Source of the DNA: a virus
Length of the DNA: 64,000 nt
Direction: 5' to 3' (one strand)
Virus record (IMG/VR): IMGVR_UViG_3300029319_000006
Coordinates: 1-64,000 of that record
The notes under the pieces are model-generated. The model was given only the letters and a program-made list of their open reading frames with translations, was not told the DNA's origin and ran no database searches. Shown here in pieces: positions 9,033 to 17,756 of this stretch (its first letter is position 1; the number at the start of each line of letters is the position of its first letter). A program made the translations under genes and the position numbers.

Positions 9033-9134
9033 TTATAACTTCTCCAAGTTTGTTAGAGTTTCGGTTACGTTTTTTTATCAGGATTCCTTGTTTGAAGGCT
9101 TTGCCCGATATTCTTATATATAAATATTTGTTCT

Positions 9135-9223
9135 TGGCTTTGGGGGGTGGATTCGAACCACCACGTCTTGCTCCAGACAATGTATAAACAGTACACCGCG
9201 TCTACCAATTCCGCCACCCCAAA
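9135..9223 (-). tRNA. atypical tRNA with GUU (Asn) anticodon and long variable arm
   Basis: TTTGGGG/CCCCAAA acceptor plus GCCA; GGCGGAATTGGTAGACGC D-arm; GTGTA-CTGTTTA-TACAT anticodon arm; GTCT/AGAC V-arm; GGTGG-TTCGAAT-CCACC T-arm. Confidence 0.88.
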
Positions 9224-9227
9224 CTAT

Positions 9228-10043
9228 TTAACTCATAGCTGCAATCAGCCTGGTCAATCCTATTCCTCCACCCACTCGTGGAAAGAATTCTAACTTGAAA
9301 AAATCTTCTAATTCTTTTTCTACTCTATCTTTTCCAAATAATTGAAATAATAATTTTGAGTATTCACCTTTTGCAATTGTATGAAATGTATCTCTCATTT
9401 GTTCTTTATCACAGGATCTTTCTGCGGAACCAATAGTTTCCATTCCTCCTAGTATTACATCTATTTTTTTACTATGCATACCAGTATCCCATCTGGACAT
9501 ATTCCAAAAAGGACTTGTGAATTCTGGAAAATCAGTAATCATAGCAGTACCAAATTCTTCACCCATTTGGTTTTCATGTTTAGCTTCAATTTCTTCATAA
9601 GTAGCTAAGTTATAATGTCTCTGCCATGCTTCATATGATTTTTCTTCAGGAGCTGCAAATCCTAGATAATTTACTAACTCTCTTTCCATAGATTTAAGAG
9701 TTGATATATCTCCTGGAAATTCAAATTCAAACATAGGAAAAATAATATCATGTCTTCCTGGTATTGCATTTGGTTCTTGTCTATATGATGTTGAGACACA
9801 AAAAAAGCCAGGAACATCTGGCTTTGTAAGTAATTCGTGTTCTAACCACATTTGTCCCGTTTGTGGTAACGGCCATATTTGACCTGCATAATTGTAAGTA
9901 GCTACATTAAATGGGTCTTCACAGGCAGCAAGAATACTCAATCTATTTTGTGTATGGACTTCTAAAAATCCCTTGTCTAAAAAAAAAGACCGTAAACGGT
10001 CTGTAGTGTCAGTAAATTTTTGCGGGTCAATCAGCTGCGTCAT
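9228..10043 (-). CDS. class IIb (Asp/Asn) aminoacyl-tRNA synthetase-like protein, catalytic domain only
   Basis: Motif 1 FFLDKGFLEV, motif 2 YRQE...RH...FPMFEFE, motif 3 GGGIGLTRL; no N-terminal OB-fold. Confidence 0.85.
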   Translation of the reverse strand: MTQLIDPQKFTDTTDRLRSFFLDKGFLEVHTQNRLSILAACEDPFNVATYNYAGQIWPLPQTGQMWLEHELLTKPDVPGFFCVSTSYRQEPNAIPGRHDIIFPMFEFEFPGDISTLKSMERELVNYLGFAAPEEKSYEAWQRHYNLATYEEIEAKHENQMGEEFGTAMITDFPEFTSPFWNMSRWDTGMHSKKIDVILGGMETIGSAERSCDKEQMRDTFHTIAKGEYSKLLFQLFGKDRVEKELEDFFKLEFFPRVGGGIGLTRLIAAMS

Positions 10044-10076
10044 ATTTTTTCCTCTAATAAAAAGTTTAAACTGATT

Positions 10077-10084
10077 TATTTATA
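10077..10084 (-). promoter_or_regulatory. late promoter TATAAATA for aaRS-like gene and tRNA
   Basis: Exact consensus in intergenic gap. Confidence 0.65.
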
Positions 10085-10092
10085 ACAGTTTA

Positions 10093-10566
10093 TTACCAAG
10101 TTCCGTCCCAAGTGTAAAAAATATGTTTACCTATTTTAAGACTACTTGACATACTATGTCTCCATTTAGGTTTTACATATACAGCATGATAAAAAGTAGC
10201 TCCATTAGTAGGATCAATCTTTCCTTCTTCTTTTGCATAATAAACATCTTCAGCTATTTTCATAGCTTGTTTGAATGCTTCTTTTTCATATGCTTTATCA
10301 CTTTTACCATCTTCTGTCCAACTAAATTGTCCAGGTTGATATACTACTTTACAAATCGTATCTCTAAATTTTTCATGTTCTACTCTATTAAGAGTAACCC
10401 ATGCTACAGCATATCGACCAACTGGTGGTTCAGATCTTGCCTCATGGTATATGTTTAATGCTAAACATTTCAATTGTTTTTGATCTATTTGTTTTGCCTG
10501 TACACTTAATGCAACTATTATCAAAATAATAAATGCATTAATAATATTAACTATTATTGTCTTCAT
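10093..10566 (-). CDS. cell wall hydrolase, SleB/Hydrolase_2 family
   Basis: CLALNIYHEAR, VTLNRV, QFSW, GATFYHA.YV.P.W, IG.HIFY. Confidence 0.88.
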   Translation of the reverse strand: MKTIIVNIINAFIILIIVALSVQAKQIDQKQLKCLALNIYHEARSEPPVGRYAVAWVTLNRVEHEKFRDTICKVVYQPGQFSWTEDGKSDKAYEKEAFKQAMKIAEDVYYAKEEGKIDPTNGATFYHAVYVKPKWRHSMSSSLKIGKHIFYTWDGTW

Positions 10567-10594
10567 TTTTTCTTCCTCGTTCCTCACATTATTT

Positions 10595-10623
10595 ATCGTA
10601 TATTATTTTCTAATTAAAGTCAA
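10595..10623 (-). promoter_or_regulatory. sigma70-type promoter (TTGACT-17bp-TACGAT)
   Basis: AACTGTTGACTTT family. Confidence 0.65.
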
Positions 10624-10634
10624 CAGTTTTTTTG

Positions 10635-10642
10635 TATAAATA
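10635..10642 (+). promoter_or_regulatory. late promoter TATAAATA
   Basis: Exact consensus before + strand operon. Confidence 0.7.
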
Positions 10643-10671
10643 CAGAAAAAAGTTTTGGAGTAAAGTGAAAT

Positions 10672-11070
10672 ATGGCAGATGCAAAGTTAAGTGATAATAC
10701 AGTAGTAGCAACCCCTTTAAGAAATATAATAAGTTTAATAGCAGCTGCAGCAGTAGGAACTTGGGCTTATTTTGGTGTTATTGAAAGACTGAATCAGATT
10801 GAAACTAATATTACATTAATGAGTACTGATTTAGAAGAAAATACAGAATTTAGAATTAAGTGGCCACGAGGAGAAATGGGTAGCTTACCTGCAGATAGTG
10901 AACAATTTATGTTAATTGAACATTTAGCTAGTCAGCTAGAAAAATTATCTGAAGATATAGAAAATGGTGATGCTCCTTATGACCAACAACAAAAACTAAC
11001 TCTAGATTTTTTTGAAAAAAGAATAAGTAAATTAGAAGAAAGAATAGATGAGTTAAAAAATGGGAATTAG
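10672..11070 (+). CDS. single-TM coiled-coil protein
   Basis: GGAG SD, N-terminal TM. Confidence 0.7.
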   Translation: MADAKLSDNTVVATPLRNIISLIAAAAVGTWAYFGVIERLNQIETNITLMSTDLEENTEFRIKWPRGEMGSLPADSEQFMLIEHLASQLEKLSEDIENGDAPYDQQQKLTLDFFEKRISKLEERIDELKNGN

Positions 11071-11073
11071 CTA

Positions 11074-11292
11074 ATGTTAGAAATATTTAAGGGATTCATC
11101 TTGTTTCTATTTGTAGATGGGACACCTTTAGAATTCACACCGAAGGAATCATTATCAGATTGTTTAAAAACAAAAAGAGAAATTGCAAGAAATGTAGGAA
11201 ACAGCAATAGATATTCATGTGGACAAGGTCAAATACGAATGGAAGAACACAATGGGAAAATGCAACCTATTGAATTGTTAGAAAGAGGATAA
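11074..11292 (+). CDS. hypothetical protein
   Basis: Operon ORF with hydrophobic N-terminus and two Cys. Confidence 0.6.
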   Translation: MLEIFKGFILFLFVDGTPLEFTPKESLSDCLKTKREIARNVGNSNRYSCGQGQIRMEEHNGKMQPIELLERG

Positions 11293-11299
11293 AAAGTTT

Positions 11300-11734
11300 A
11301 TGTACGAATATAAATGTAAAATACTAAGAATAGTAGATGGTGATACTGTAGATATTGACATAGATCTAGGTTTTGGTATTTGGATGCACAGAGAAAGAGT
11401 TCGAATGTATGGTATTGATACACCAGAAAGTAGAACTAGAGATTTAGAAGAAAAGAAATTTGGAATGATGGCAAAAGACTTTGTAAAAAGTATGATGCCA
11501 ATAGGATCAATACAAACTTTAAGAACATCTAAATATGATGCTAAAGGTAAATTTGGTAGAATATTAGGTGAATTTATAGTTTATGATTCTAAAGAAGATT
11601 GTCAAAAGTCTTTAAAGGATATAATGATAAGAGAGTGTTTAGGAGTTGAATACTTAGGACAATCCAAAGAAGATATAGAAGAAGCTCACTTAGTAAACAG
11701 AAAACAATTGGAGTTGTTAAATGGCACCAGCTAA
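11300..11734 (+). CDS. thermonuclease (SNase-like)
   Basis: RIVDGDT, RVRMYGIDTPE, GKFGRILG. Confidence 0.88.
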   Translation: MYEYKCKILRIVDGDTVDIDIDLGFGIWMHRERVRMYGIDTPESRTRDLEEKKFGMMAKDFVKSMMPIGSIQTLRTSKYDAKGKFGRILGEFIVYDSKEDCQKSLKDIMIRECLGVEYLGQSKEDIEEAHLVNRKQLELLNGTS

Positions 11735-12089
11735 AAAATTAGAACCAGGATCTAGATGGGCACATTTAGATCGTGATGGAGATGGAACTGTAAGTGATGA
11801 TGAAATTGCAATGGAAGAAAGAATGATACAGCTTGAAGATATGCGAAGTGATATGGAAAATGAAGATAAGAAACAAGATGCACAAAGAGGGATGGCTTGG
11901 TTTGCTTTAGCTGGAATGCTATTGTATCCGCTAGCAGTTGTATTAGCTGTATGGTTAGGATTAGATCAAGCAGCCTCTATCTTAGGAGATATGGCTGCTG
12001 TATATTTTGTTTCTGTAGCAGCAATTGTTGCAGCTTTCTATGGTAAGGAAGCCTATGCTGCTGGAAAGAAATCTGTCTCAGGAAAATAA
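11721..12089 (+). CDS. EF-hand-containing two-TM membrane protein (holin-like)
   Basis: DRDGDGTVSDDE loop, two TM helices, basic C-terminus. Confidence 0.55.
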   Translation: MAPAKKLEPGSRWAHLDRDGDGTVSDDEIAMEERMIQLEDMRSDMENEDKKQDAQRGMAWFALAGMLLYPLAVVLAVWLGLDQAASILGDMAAVYFVSVAAIVAAFYGKEAYAAGKKSVSGK

Positions 12090-12314
12090 TTAACAGCCTA
12101 GTATACGACTAATAGACTGCCTATCATCCGTATAGATAGAGCCTCCGTTACTGATATGCTCTTCTACTTGTTCAAAGTAAAAAGCAGCATCTTCATTTCC
12201 TGTATCTTCTAGTAATTGTTTACTTGTACGAAAAAAATTTCTTATCTGCATATCTCTCAAGCCATTATCGTTAGCTCCAGCTCTATGTGTTTTACCTGCG
12301 CGCTGATTCGACAT
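12090..12314 (-). CDS. hypothetical protein
   Basis: GAGGAG SD, early operon. Confidence 0.65.
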   Translation of the reverse strand: MSNQRAGKTHRAGANDNGLRDMQIRNFFRTSKQLLEDTGNEDAAFYFEQVEEHISNGGSIYTDDRQSISRILGC

Positions 12315-12498
12315 TTTTATTCTCCTCTTTTAGATAAACTCCATATGCTTCTATAACTTTATTAGGCATAGCATATGGATTATGTTTAATCATAACACAC
12401 AATTGCTCAAATGTCAACCCTAAAAATTCCATTTCTTTTTTAAGGACAGTCATAGCTCCTTTAATTCTCATACTGCGTCTCCCCATTGCTCTTGCCAT
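12292..12498 (-). CDS. hypothetical protein
   Basis: Early operon ORF. Confidence 0.6.
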   Translation of the reverse strand: MARAMGRRSMRIKGAMTVLKKEMEFLGLTFEQLCVMIKHNPYAMPNKVIEAYGVYLKEENKNVESARR

Positions 12499-12504
12499 TA
12501 GACA

Positions 12505-12717
12505 TTACGCAATCTCCCTATAGTGATCTACCATATCATCCCACATTTCAGCAAGTTGGTCAACAACATTCTGTACAGAAAGATGTGAAACAAGATTGTA
12601 ATGTTCTAACATCTTTTGAATAAACTCTTTCTGTGAATCTACTTCAATTATGAGATCATTAGCTAGACCAAAAAACTCATCTTCAAGATCCACTACATAA
12701 TTACTTCCTATTGTCAT
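12505..12717 (-). CDS. hypothetical acidic early protein
   Basis: GAGGAG SD after early promoter. Confidence 0.7.
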   Translation of the reverse strand: MTIGSNYVVDLEDEFFGLANDLIIEVDSQKEFIQKMLEHYNLVSHLSVQNVVDQLAEMWDDMVDHYREIA

Positions 12718-12744
12718 GTTTTTCTCCTCTTCATTTCTACATTC

Positions 12745-12773
12745 CTTATACTATATTTAAAAACAAATGTCAA
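12745..12773 (-). promoter_or_regulatory. sigma70-type early promoter (TTGACA-17bp-TATAAG)
   Basis: Near-consensus boxes. Confidence 0.8.
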
Positions 12774-12791
12774 CACTTTTTTCCATTTTTT

Positions 12792-12799
12792 TATAAATA
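12792..12799 (+). promoter_or_regulatory. late promoter TATAAATA
   Basis: Exact consensus before 12818 ORF. Confidence 0.65.
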
Positions 12800-12817
12800 T
12801 AAGAAACGGAGAGAAGA

Positions 12818-13300
12818 ATGGTAGATCCAGTAACAGCAATTGCAACAGCAACTGCTGCATTTAATGCAATTAAAAAAGGTTTTCAGTTTGGACGAGATGT
12901 GGAATCTATGTCTGGTGACCTTGGAAGATGGATGGGAGCTGTTAGTGATATCAATAAAGCTGATGAATATGCTAGAAGACCACCATTATTTAAAAAATTA
13001 TTTAATGCAGGATCAGTAGAAGAGGAGGCATTAAACGCATTTATGGCTAAGAAAAAAGCTCAGGATATGAGGGATGAGTTAAAAAACATAATTGTTTTTA
13101 CAAGAGGTCCAAATGCATGGAATGAATTACTTAAAACAGAAGCAGATATAAGAAAGAAAAGACAAGAAGCAATATATGCTCAACAAGAATTAAGAAGAAA
13201 AGTTATTGAAATAATAGCTGTAGTAATTGTAGTAGGAATGACTGTAACTGCTATAGCACTAGTAATATATGCTGCTGGAGTAAGAAGAGGTTTGTGGTAA
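12818..13300 (+). CDS. hypothetical protein with C-terminal TM (MVDPVTAIA type)
   Basis: SD, coiled coil plus TM. Confidence 0.75.
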   Translation: MVDPVTAIATATAAFNAIKKGFQFGRDVESMSGDLGRWMGAVSDINKADEYARRPPLFKKLFNAGSVEEEALNAFMAKKKAQDMRDELKNIIVFTRGPNAWNELLKTEADIRKKRQEAIYAQQELRRKVIEIIAVVIVVGMTVTAIALVIYAAGVRRGLW

Positions 13301-13563
13301 TTGACTAACTCTTACTACACTGGTACTGATTATAGTACTATGCACCCTTTTCATTTTGATTTTTGGTGGCATTTATTTATCCCATGGTCTTGGCATAATT
13401 GGATTTGGATAGCATGTATGTTAATAATATTAGCAGTTAGATTTAATGATATGTTAGTTTTACATAAACAACAATCTGAAGAATGGTTGTAGTCTTTTAC
13501 CTTTTTGTTTTTATTGCTTTAGTGTGGTGTTTAGCTACACTCACATGGTTATTTTTAGAATAA

Positions 13564-13704
13564 CTATTTTTTCTTTTTAAGTCTTCTTATTTTAGCAAAA
13601 AAATTAAATAGTTTATTTTCTTTGATAGACTTAGCTACTTTTCTTCTTCCACGAGCTCCAATAGATTTAGAAAGTCTTTCACCTCTTTTTAAATTTTTTT
13701 CCAT
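13564..13704 (-). CDS. small basic protein (46 aa, MEKNLKRGERLSKS...)
   Basis: TAATG-coupled to DoxX stop; below ORF-track cutoff. Confidence 0.5.
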   Translation of the reverse strand: MEKNLKRGERLSKSIGARGRRKVAKSIKENKLFNFFAKIRRLKKKK

Positions 13705-14123
13705 TAGGTTCTATTTCCTCTTAGTGCAAAGAATAATCCTCCTACCCATAAAAATACGTGAAGATTATCATATAAAATAACATCCCATAAACTTTCTGGT
13801 TCACCTATCCATATTACTCCTGTCATAATACAACACATAGTTATACCACTGAATCTGGTAATCATGTCACCAACCCAATCAAACTTTTCACTATATAACC
13901 AATTTGCAGTTAATATACCACCAAATAATAAACCTAGACCAGATAAGAATTCACCATATGTTACAAACCACCAAACTAATACAGATAAATCATATGAAGC
14001 AGCTTCATCTACATCAATAGGCATTTTCATATAACCTTGTTGGATAAAAACTATAGCTATTGGTATTCTAAGTAACCAATGACTTAAACAAAATTCTGGT
14101 AAATTCTCAATTAATTTCTTCAT
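13704..14123 (-). CDS. DoxX-family membrane protein
   Basis: LLRIPIAIVFIQQG..K, E...GLGLL.G, TRFSG. Confidence 0.75.
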   Translation of the reverse strand: MKKLIENLPEFCLSHWLLRIPIAIVFIQQGYMKMPIDVDEAASYDLSVLVWWFVTYGEFLSGLGLLFGGILTANWLYSEKFDWVGDMITRFSGITMCCIMTGVIWIGEPESLWDVILYDNLHVFLWVGGLFFALRGNRT

Positions 14124-14325
14124 TTGTTAAAAACTCTTTTATATCTGTTATTTTTTCGTGTTGTATAATATTAATTATAAGATTAGTTAAATCTTGTTCT
14201 TTTTTAAGAAAGAATAATTTATCAGTTATCTCTTTTAATTTTTTTTCGTAATATTCTATTTCCTTTTCCTTACGAAGTTTTTGTTCAATCAAGTCCGTAA
14301 GGAAAACAATTTTTTTATCACTCAT
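14107..14325 (-). CDS. hypothetical coiled-coil protein
   Basis: Coupled ORF. Confidence 0.6.
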   Translation of the reverse strand: MSDKKIVFLTDLIEQKLRKEKEIEYYEKKLKEITDKLFFLKKEQDLTNLIINIIQHEKITDIKEFLTNEEIN

Positions 14326-14552
14326 AGTTTAGTACAAAAGTTTCTCATAAACTTACAGTCAACTTCACCTTTACATACTTTTTCATGTTTAGCATTTTCC
14401 CAACAATCACCATCTGGAATATGCATTTGTACAAATGTATCCCAAGTATCTAAAGATGAAAATAATAACATAGCTGGAAATACTAACATAAAGAATACTA
14501 TAGCTAAAAATGCCCAACCAAAACCTTCATTATCATATGATTCATTATTCAT
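14322..14552 (-). CDS. small membrane protein with 4 Cys
   Basis: One TM, coupled. Confidence 0.6.
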   Translation of the reverse strand: MNNESYDNEGFGWAFLAIVFFMLVFPAMLLFSSLDTWDTFVQMHIPDGDCWENAKHEKVCKGEVDCKFMRNFCTKL

Positions 14553-14769
14553 TTATTCCCATCCTTTCCAAATATTCTGGATACAAGTCTGGATTACCAG
14601 TTCCTCCTGTTCCATCATCTCCAAAATTGCATTTTGCTACAATTAACAAAAATGCTAAAGAAAAATAAAATGTCCATTTACTAAACTTTATAAACCCTGT
14701 AAATGCTTGTTCAGCTTGTAGTTGAGCAGCTTGTTTAACACTACTCGTGTTCTCCTCCTGGATCTCCAT
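14545..14769 (-). CDS. aa3-type cytochrome c oxidase subunit IV-like protein
   Basis: QAEQAFTGFIKF followed by a TM helix resembles alphaproteobacterial COX IV (E.TF.GFI). Confidence 0.5.
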   Translation of the reverse strand: MEIQEENTSSVKQAAQLQAEQAFTGFIKFSKWTFYFSLAFLLIVAKCNFGDDGTGGTGNPDLYPEYLERMGINE

Positions 14770-15145
14770 TTTCTAATCTCACTTTCTTTCCATCAATATA
14801 CATATTTTGTCTAGCTCTAGGATAACTGTGATATCCTTTTTTCAATTTAAAATTATTAAACGTATGTGGTCTCTTTTCAGCTTCATTGAATATAGTATAT
14901 GTAATCATTATTCCACTAATAATCAACACATGAACAAACGCACTAAATCCAAACCATTGAATACTTCCAACAGATGCTGCAAATATTCCACTCCACATGA
15001 ATCCTAATATTAAGAATAACATATGGGCTACTTGTGGATGTAATTTTTTTAGGGGTGAATGTTGTACGGTTAAAACAGACTTCCAACCAAATTTAAATAA
15101 TTCCAATGCTGCCATTGGAGGGAATGCTTTATAACTATCTTTCAT
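14741..15145 (-). CDS. hypothetical membrane protein
   Basis: Two TM, AAGGAG SD. Confidence 0.65.
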   Translation of the reverse strand: MKDSYKAFPPMAALELFKFGWKSVLTVQHSPLKKLHPQVAHMLFLILGFMWSGIFAASVGSIQWFGFSAFVHVLIISGIMITYTIFNEAEKRPHTFNNFKLKKGYHSYPRARQNMYIDGKKVRLENGDPGGEHE

Positions 15146-15154
15146 TTTTTCTCC

Positions 15155-15376
15155 TTAAAATGGTGGCTCTTGTCCAGGATATGATGGAAGCCAACCATGG
15201 CTAGAATCCATATAATCATCTGGTAATCCTTTTGAGTCAGTAGACTTATTTATAATAATTACATTTTCATCTCTGATTCCAATATGATTAAGAAAAAAAT
15301 CAAGTGATGGTGGTAGACTCTCCGTACTTTCTGTCATGTTCTCCTCCTTTACCGTAATCGCCATCATAGTTACCAA
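15155..15376 (-). CDS. hypothetical protein
   Basis: GGAGGAG SD before internal MTEST start. Confidence 0.5.
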   Translation of the reverse strand: MVTMMAITVKEENMTESTESLPPSLDFFLNHIGIRDENVIIINKSTDSKGLPDDYMDSSHGWLPSYPGQEPPF

Positions 15377-15815
15377 TATTTTCTGCTTGAAAGTTTAAGT
15401 ATTGTCCTATTCTAGTACCTTTCTTAACTCTAAAAGCATTTATGTTTACATGCATAACACCAGCCATAACTCCGTTATACCCTGTATCATATAAACCACT
15501 TGTTAAGTATACACCATTTCTATTTAAAGTACTACGAGTAATTACCCATCCAGCTTCTCCTGGACCAACTTCTATTTCGTTTTCCATAATAACTTCATAA
15601 GAACCAGGATCTAAAGTCCAATACCCAGCTAAGTCACATTTCATCTCTACGGATCCTCTGTGTCTTTTTTCTTCTTCATCAAGTTGAAATAGTTTATCAT
15701 TTATTTTAAATACTTTACCTATACGTAAATCTACAGCATTAGGTTGAATATCTTTAGGTTGTACTTTCGTTAACGTAGATGTTGACGTAGTAGCTGATAT
15801 ATGTTTCATACTCAT
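15300..15815 (-). CDS. dCTP deaminase/trimeric dUTPase family
   Basis: IQPNAVDLR, RSTLNR.G, YDTGY.G, RIGQ. Confidence 0.85.
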   Translation of the reverse strand: MSMKHISATTSTSTLTKVQPKDIQPNAVDLRIGKVFKINDKLFQLDEEEKRHRGSVEMKCDLAGYWTLDPGSYEVIMENEIEVGPGEAGWVITRSTLNRNGVYLTSGLYDTGYNGVMAGVMHVNINAFRVKKGTRIGQYLNFQAENIGNYDGDYGKGGEHDRKYGESTTIT

Positions 15816-16093
15816 TCTGTATTCGTCTCCTGTTCCTGATCCCACATCATAAGGATAATATAGTGAATTGCTTTGATAAGATCTTTACGATTCTTACCAC
15901 CTTTCTTACCATATCTAGCAAGATACTTAATAGCATTATCTCTAGCAGTCGTATCGAGACTACCTAATGAATGCCAAAAGTCAACAGTCTGGATCTCTTT
16001 GTTTCCAGCATAATGTTGACCATATGTACTTTCCAAATATTTAGATACTTCTAATAGTATTTGTGGTTCATTGTATTTCCAATTAATCTTCAT
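15812..16093 (-). CDS. DUF3310-like nucleotide-modification-associated protein
   Basis: HY, NAIKYLARYGKK.G...DLIKAIHY. Confidence 0.75.
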   Translation of the reverse strand: MKINWKYNEPQILLEVSKYLESTYGQHYAGNKEIQTVDFWHSLGSLDTTARDNAIKYLARYGKKGGKNRKDLIKAIHYIILMMWDQEQETNTE

Positions 16094-16943
16094 ACTTTTC
16101 CTCTAACAATCGATCAATATAACGACAATTGCTCATTGCCATTCCTAATTGTTCTATTGTAGCAGAATTATGATCAAAGTCAACTGGAGTTTCAATTTTA
16201 CCATTAATTAATCCTGATGGGGAATTATCAAATCTTGTATTCATTAATCCAGCCCATACAGCTGCACTACTGTCCCAAGTATCAATAGCCCACAAATAAT
16301 TTCTTACTAATTCAATCTCATTAGGACCATCTACCATTCCAAGAAAATGTAGTTTTTTATCATTCTCTTTTATTTTATTCAAAATACCACATTCCGATAA
16401 TGTATCCATAAACTTCCAACGAGATAAGAATCTTTGAAGTTTATTATGTTTTTCTACTCCATATGCATTAGGAACAGCAAGTATTGATACACCAATATAA
16501 TCTATATTAGATTCTTCTGCAGCCCATTCAAAAGATTCAATTAATCCATCAACATCTCCAATCTTAGATTGTGGTACAAAGAATGTTCCTAATTCAGCTT
16601 GTATCAGATCAGGTGCCATTTCTATTGCAGCATCTATAGTTTTCTTATAATCCTGATCAGGATAATCTGACATAACAACATAGTTAGCTCCACACGCATG
16701 AGCCATAGGTATTAGCTTTTCAGTAGAATACATAGGTCTACCTTCTTTGTACATTTCAAATGCACTGTTGTCCATAATGTTTATGGATCCTTGACCCATG
16801 TGACTCCATTGTCCTAAATGTTTATAGAAGTCAGCATAGTCTTTATCTATCTCTACAAGGTGAGCTAATGTTAAGTGAAAAGACCTACCGGTAGCAAACA
16901 TATCAAGATACCGTGTAGGTGTAATGTGACAAAAATCAGTCAT
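16083..16943 (-). CDS. DpdA-like (TGT-fold) DNA guanine transglycosylase
   Basis: IMDNSAFE, SD, LHFLG, DTWDSS motifs; adjacent to folE/queD/queE. Confidence 0.65.
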   Translation of the reverse strand: MTDFCHITPTRYLDMFATGRSFHLTLAHLVEIDKDYADFYKHLGQWSHMGQGSINIMDNSAFEMYKEGRPMYSTEKLIPMAHACGANYVVMSDYPDQDYKKTIDAAIEMAPDLIQAELGTFFVPQSKIGDVDGLIESFEWAAEESNIDYIGVSILAVPNAYGVEKHNKLQRFLSRWKFMDTLSECGILNKIKENDKKLHFLGMVDGPNEIELVRNYLWAIDTWDSSAAVWAGLMNTRFDNSPSGLINGKIETPVDFDHNSATIEQLGMAMSNCRYIDRLLEEKYED

Positions 16944-16965
16944 AGTTTCTCCATTATAAAATTAT

Positions 16966-16994
16966 ATTATACTTCAAAAAGTTAGGAAAGTCTA
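16966..16994 (-). promoter_or_regulatory. sigma70-type promoter (TAGACT-17bp-TATAAT) for dpdA-like gene
   Basis: Boxes and spacing. Confidence 0.6.
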
Positions 16995-17354
16995 CAATCT
17001 TTTTTGAGCAGCTTTCATATGTTGATCTGAATTACCTGGTTTATTCATATCACCCATTCCAAGATGCATTGCTAATTTGTTATGGTGTTCGTCTCCCGTA
17101 CCTTTTTTATAACCATCATATACACTTGTATATAACGAATGAGAAACAGCATTTTTAGCATGTTGCTTTGCAGCTTTATTATCTCCATTTTTATGAGCAT
17201 CTTTAGCACGTTCAAATTCACCAAGAGCTTCGTGATGGTGATTGTGTGCATTAGTACTAGCTTGTCCACCTCTAGTATGGAGTTGCTGTTGCTTATGAGC
17301 CTTATCAATTAAAGAACCTAATTTATTTTCTCTAATTTCAGAAAAAGTTTTCAC
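16992..17354 (-). CDS. His-rich putative internal head protein
   Basis: MKTFSEIRE leader resembles T4 capsid-targeting sequence; 13 His/120 aa. Confidence 0.6.
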   Translation of the reverse strand: MKTFSEIRENKLGSLIDKAHKQQQLHTRGGQASTNAHNHHHEALGEFERAKDAHKNGDNKAAKQHAKNAVSHSLYTSVYDGYKKGTGDEHHNKLAMHLGMGDMNKPGNSDQHMKAAQKRL

Positions 17355-17755
17355 TAATCGTAATCCTCTCCTGAATTGTGATAATCAGCATCATCTTTTG
17401 CATGATGTTTGACATAGGCATCAAGACTCTTATGAATTGTCATATCGCCGTGACCAGCAAATCTAGCTGCTCCTTTGGTAGCTGGTTTACTATCTGTGTG
17501 AGGGTTTGAAGCCATCTCGTGATGTGCACCTTCATCCCAACCATCTTTTATATCGTGATGAGTTACTCCACCTCCTGCATGTTTAGCAGCAGCCTTTGCA
17601 GTAGCATTTCTTACTTTATCTGCATTAGCTTGTGTGTGAGCCATACCATGAATAACATGATGTTCTTCTCCGTCATGGGTTATCATAGTAAGATGTGTAG
17701 CTTCCTTAACTTCTAAAGTTTGAAGCTCTTCTCTAAGTTTAAAAAAATCTTTCAT
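17354..17755 (-). CDS. His-rich putative internal head protein
   Basis: MKDFFKLREE leader; 17 His/133 aa. Confidence 0.6.
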   Translation of the reverse strand: MKDFFKLREELQTLEVKEATHLTMITHDGEEHHVIHGMAHTQANADKVRNATAKAAAKHAGGGVTHHDIKDGWDEGAHHEMASNPHTDSKPATKGAARFAGHGDMTIHKSLDAYVKHHAKDDADYHNSGEDYD

Positions 17756-17756
17756 C

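Noticed and set aside
9050-9070. Possible Pho box upstream of pstS (GTAAC...CTAAC)
   Set aside because: Repeat spacing is 12 bp rather than 11 and the match is weak.
9076-9111. Stem-loop containing GGCAAAGCC between tRNA and pstS as a c-di-GMP riboswitch
   Set aside because: It lacks the second stem and tetraloop/receptor architecture; probably a processing or stability hairpin.
8872-9180. 102-aa ORF in track
   Set aside because: Overlaps the tRNA and pstS start; shadow frame.
12090-12314. ANDN in this protein echoing the tmRNA tag
   Set aside because: Four-residue internal match without the degron; likely chance.
13301-13492. 63-aa Trp-rich + strand ORF
   Set aside because: TTG start, no clear SD and no recognisable motif; may be real but cannot be supported.
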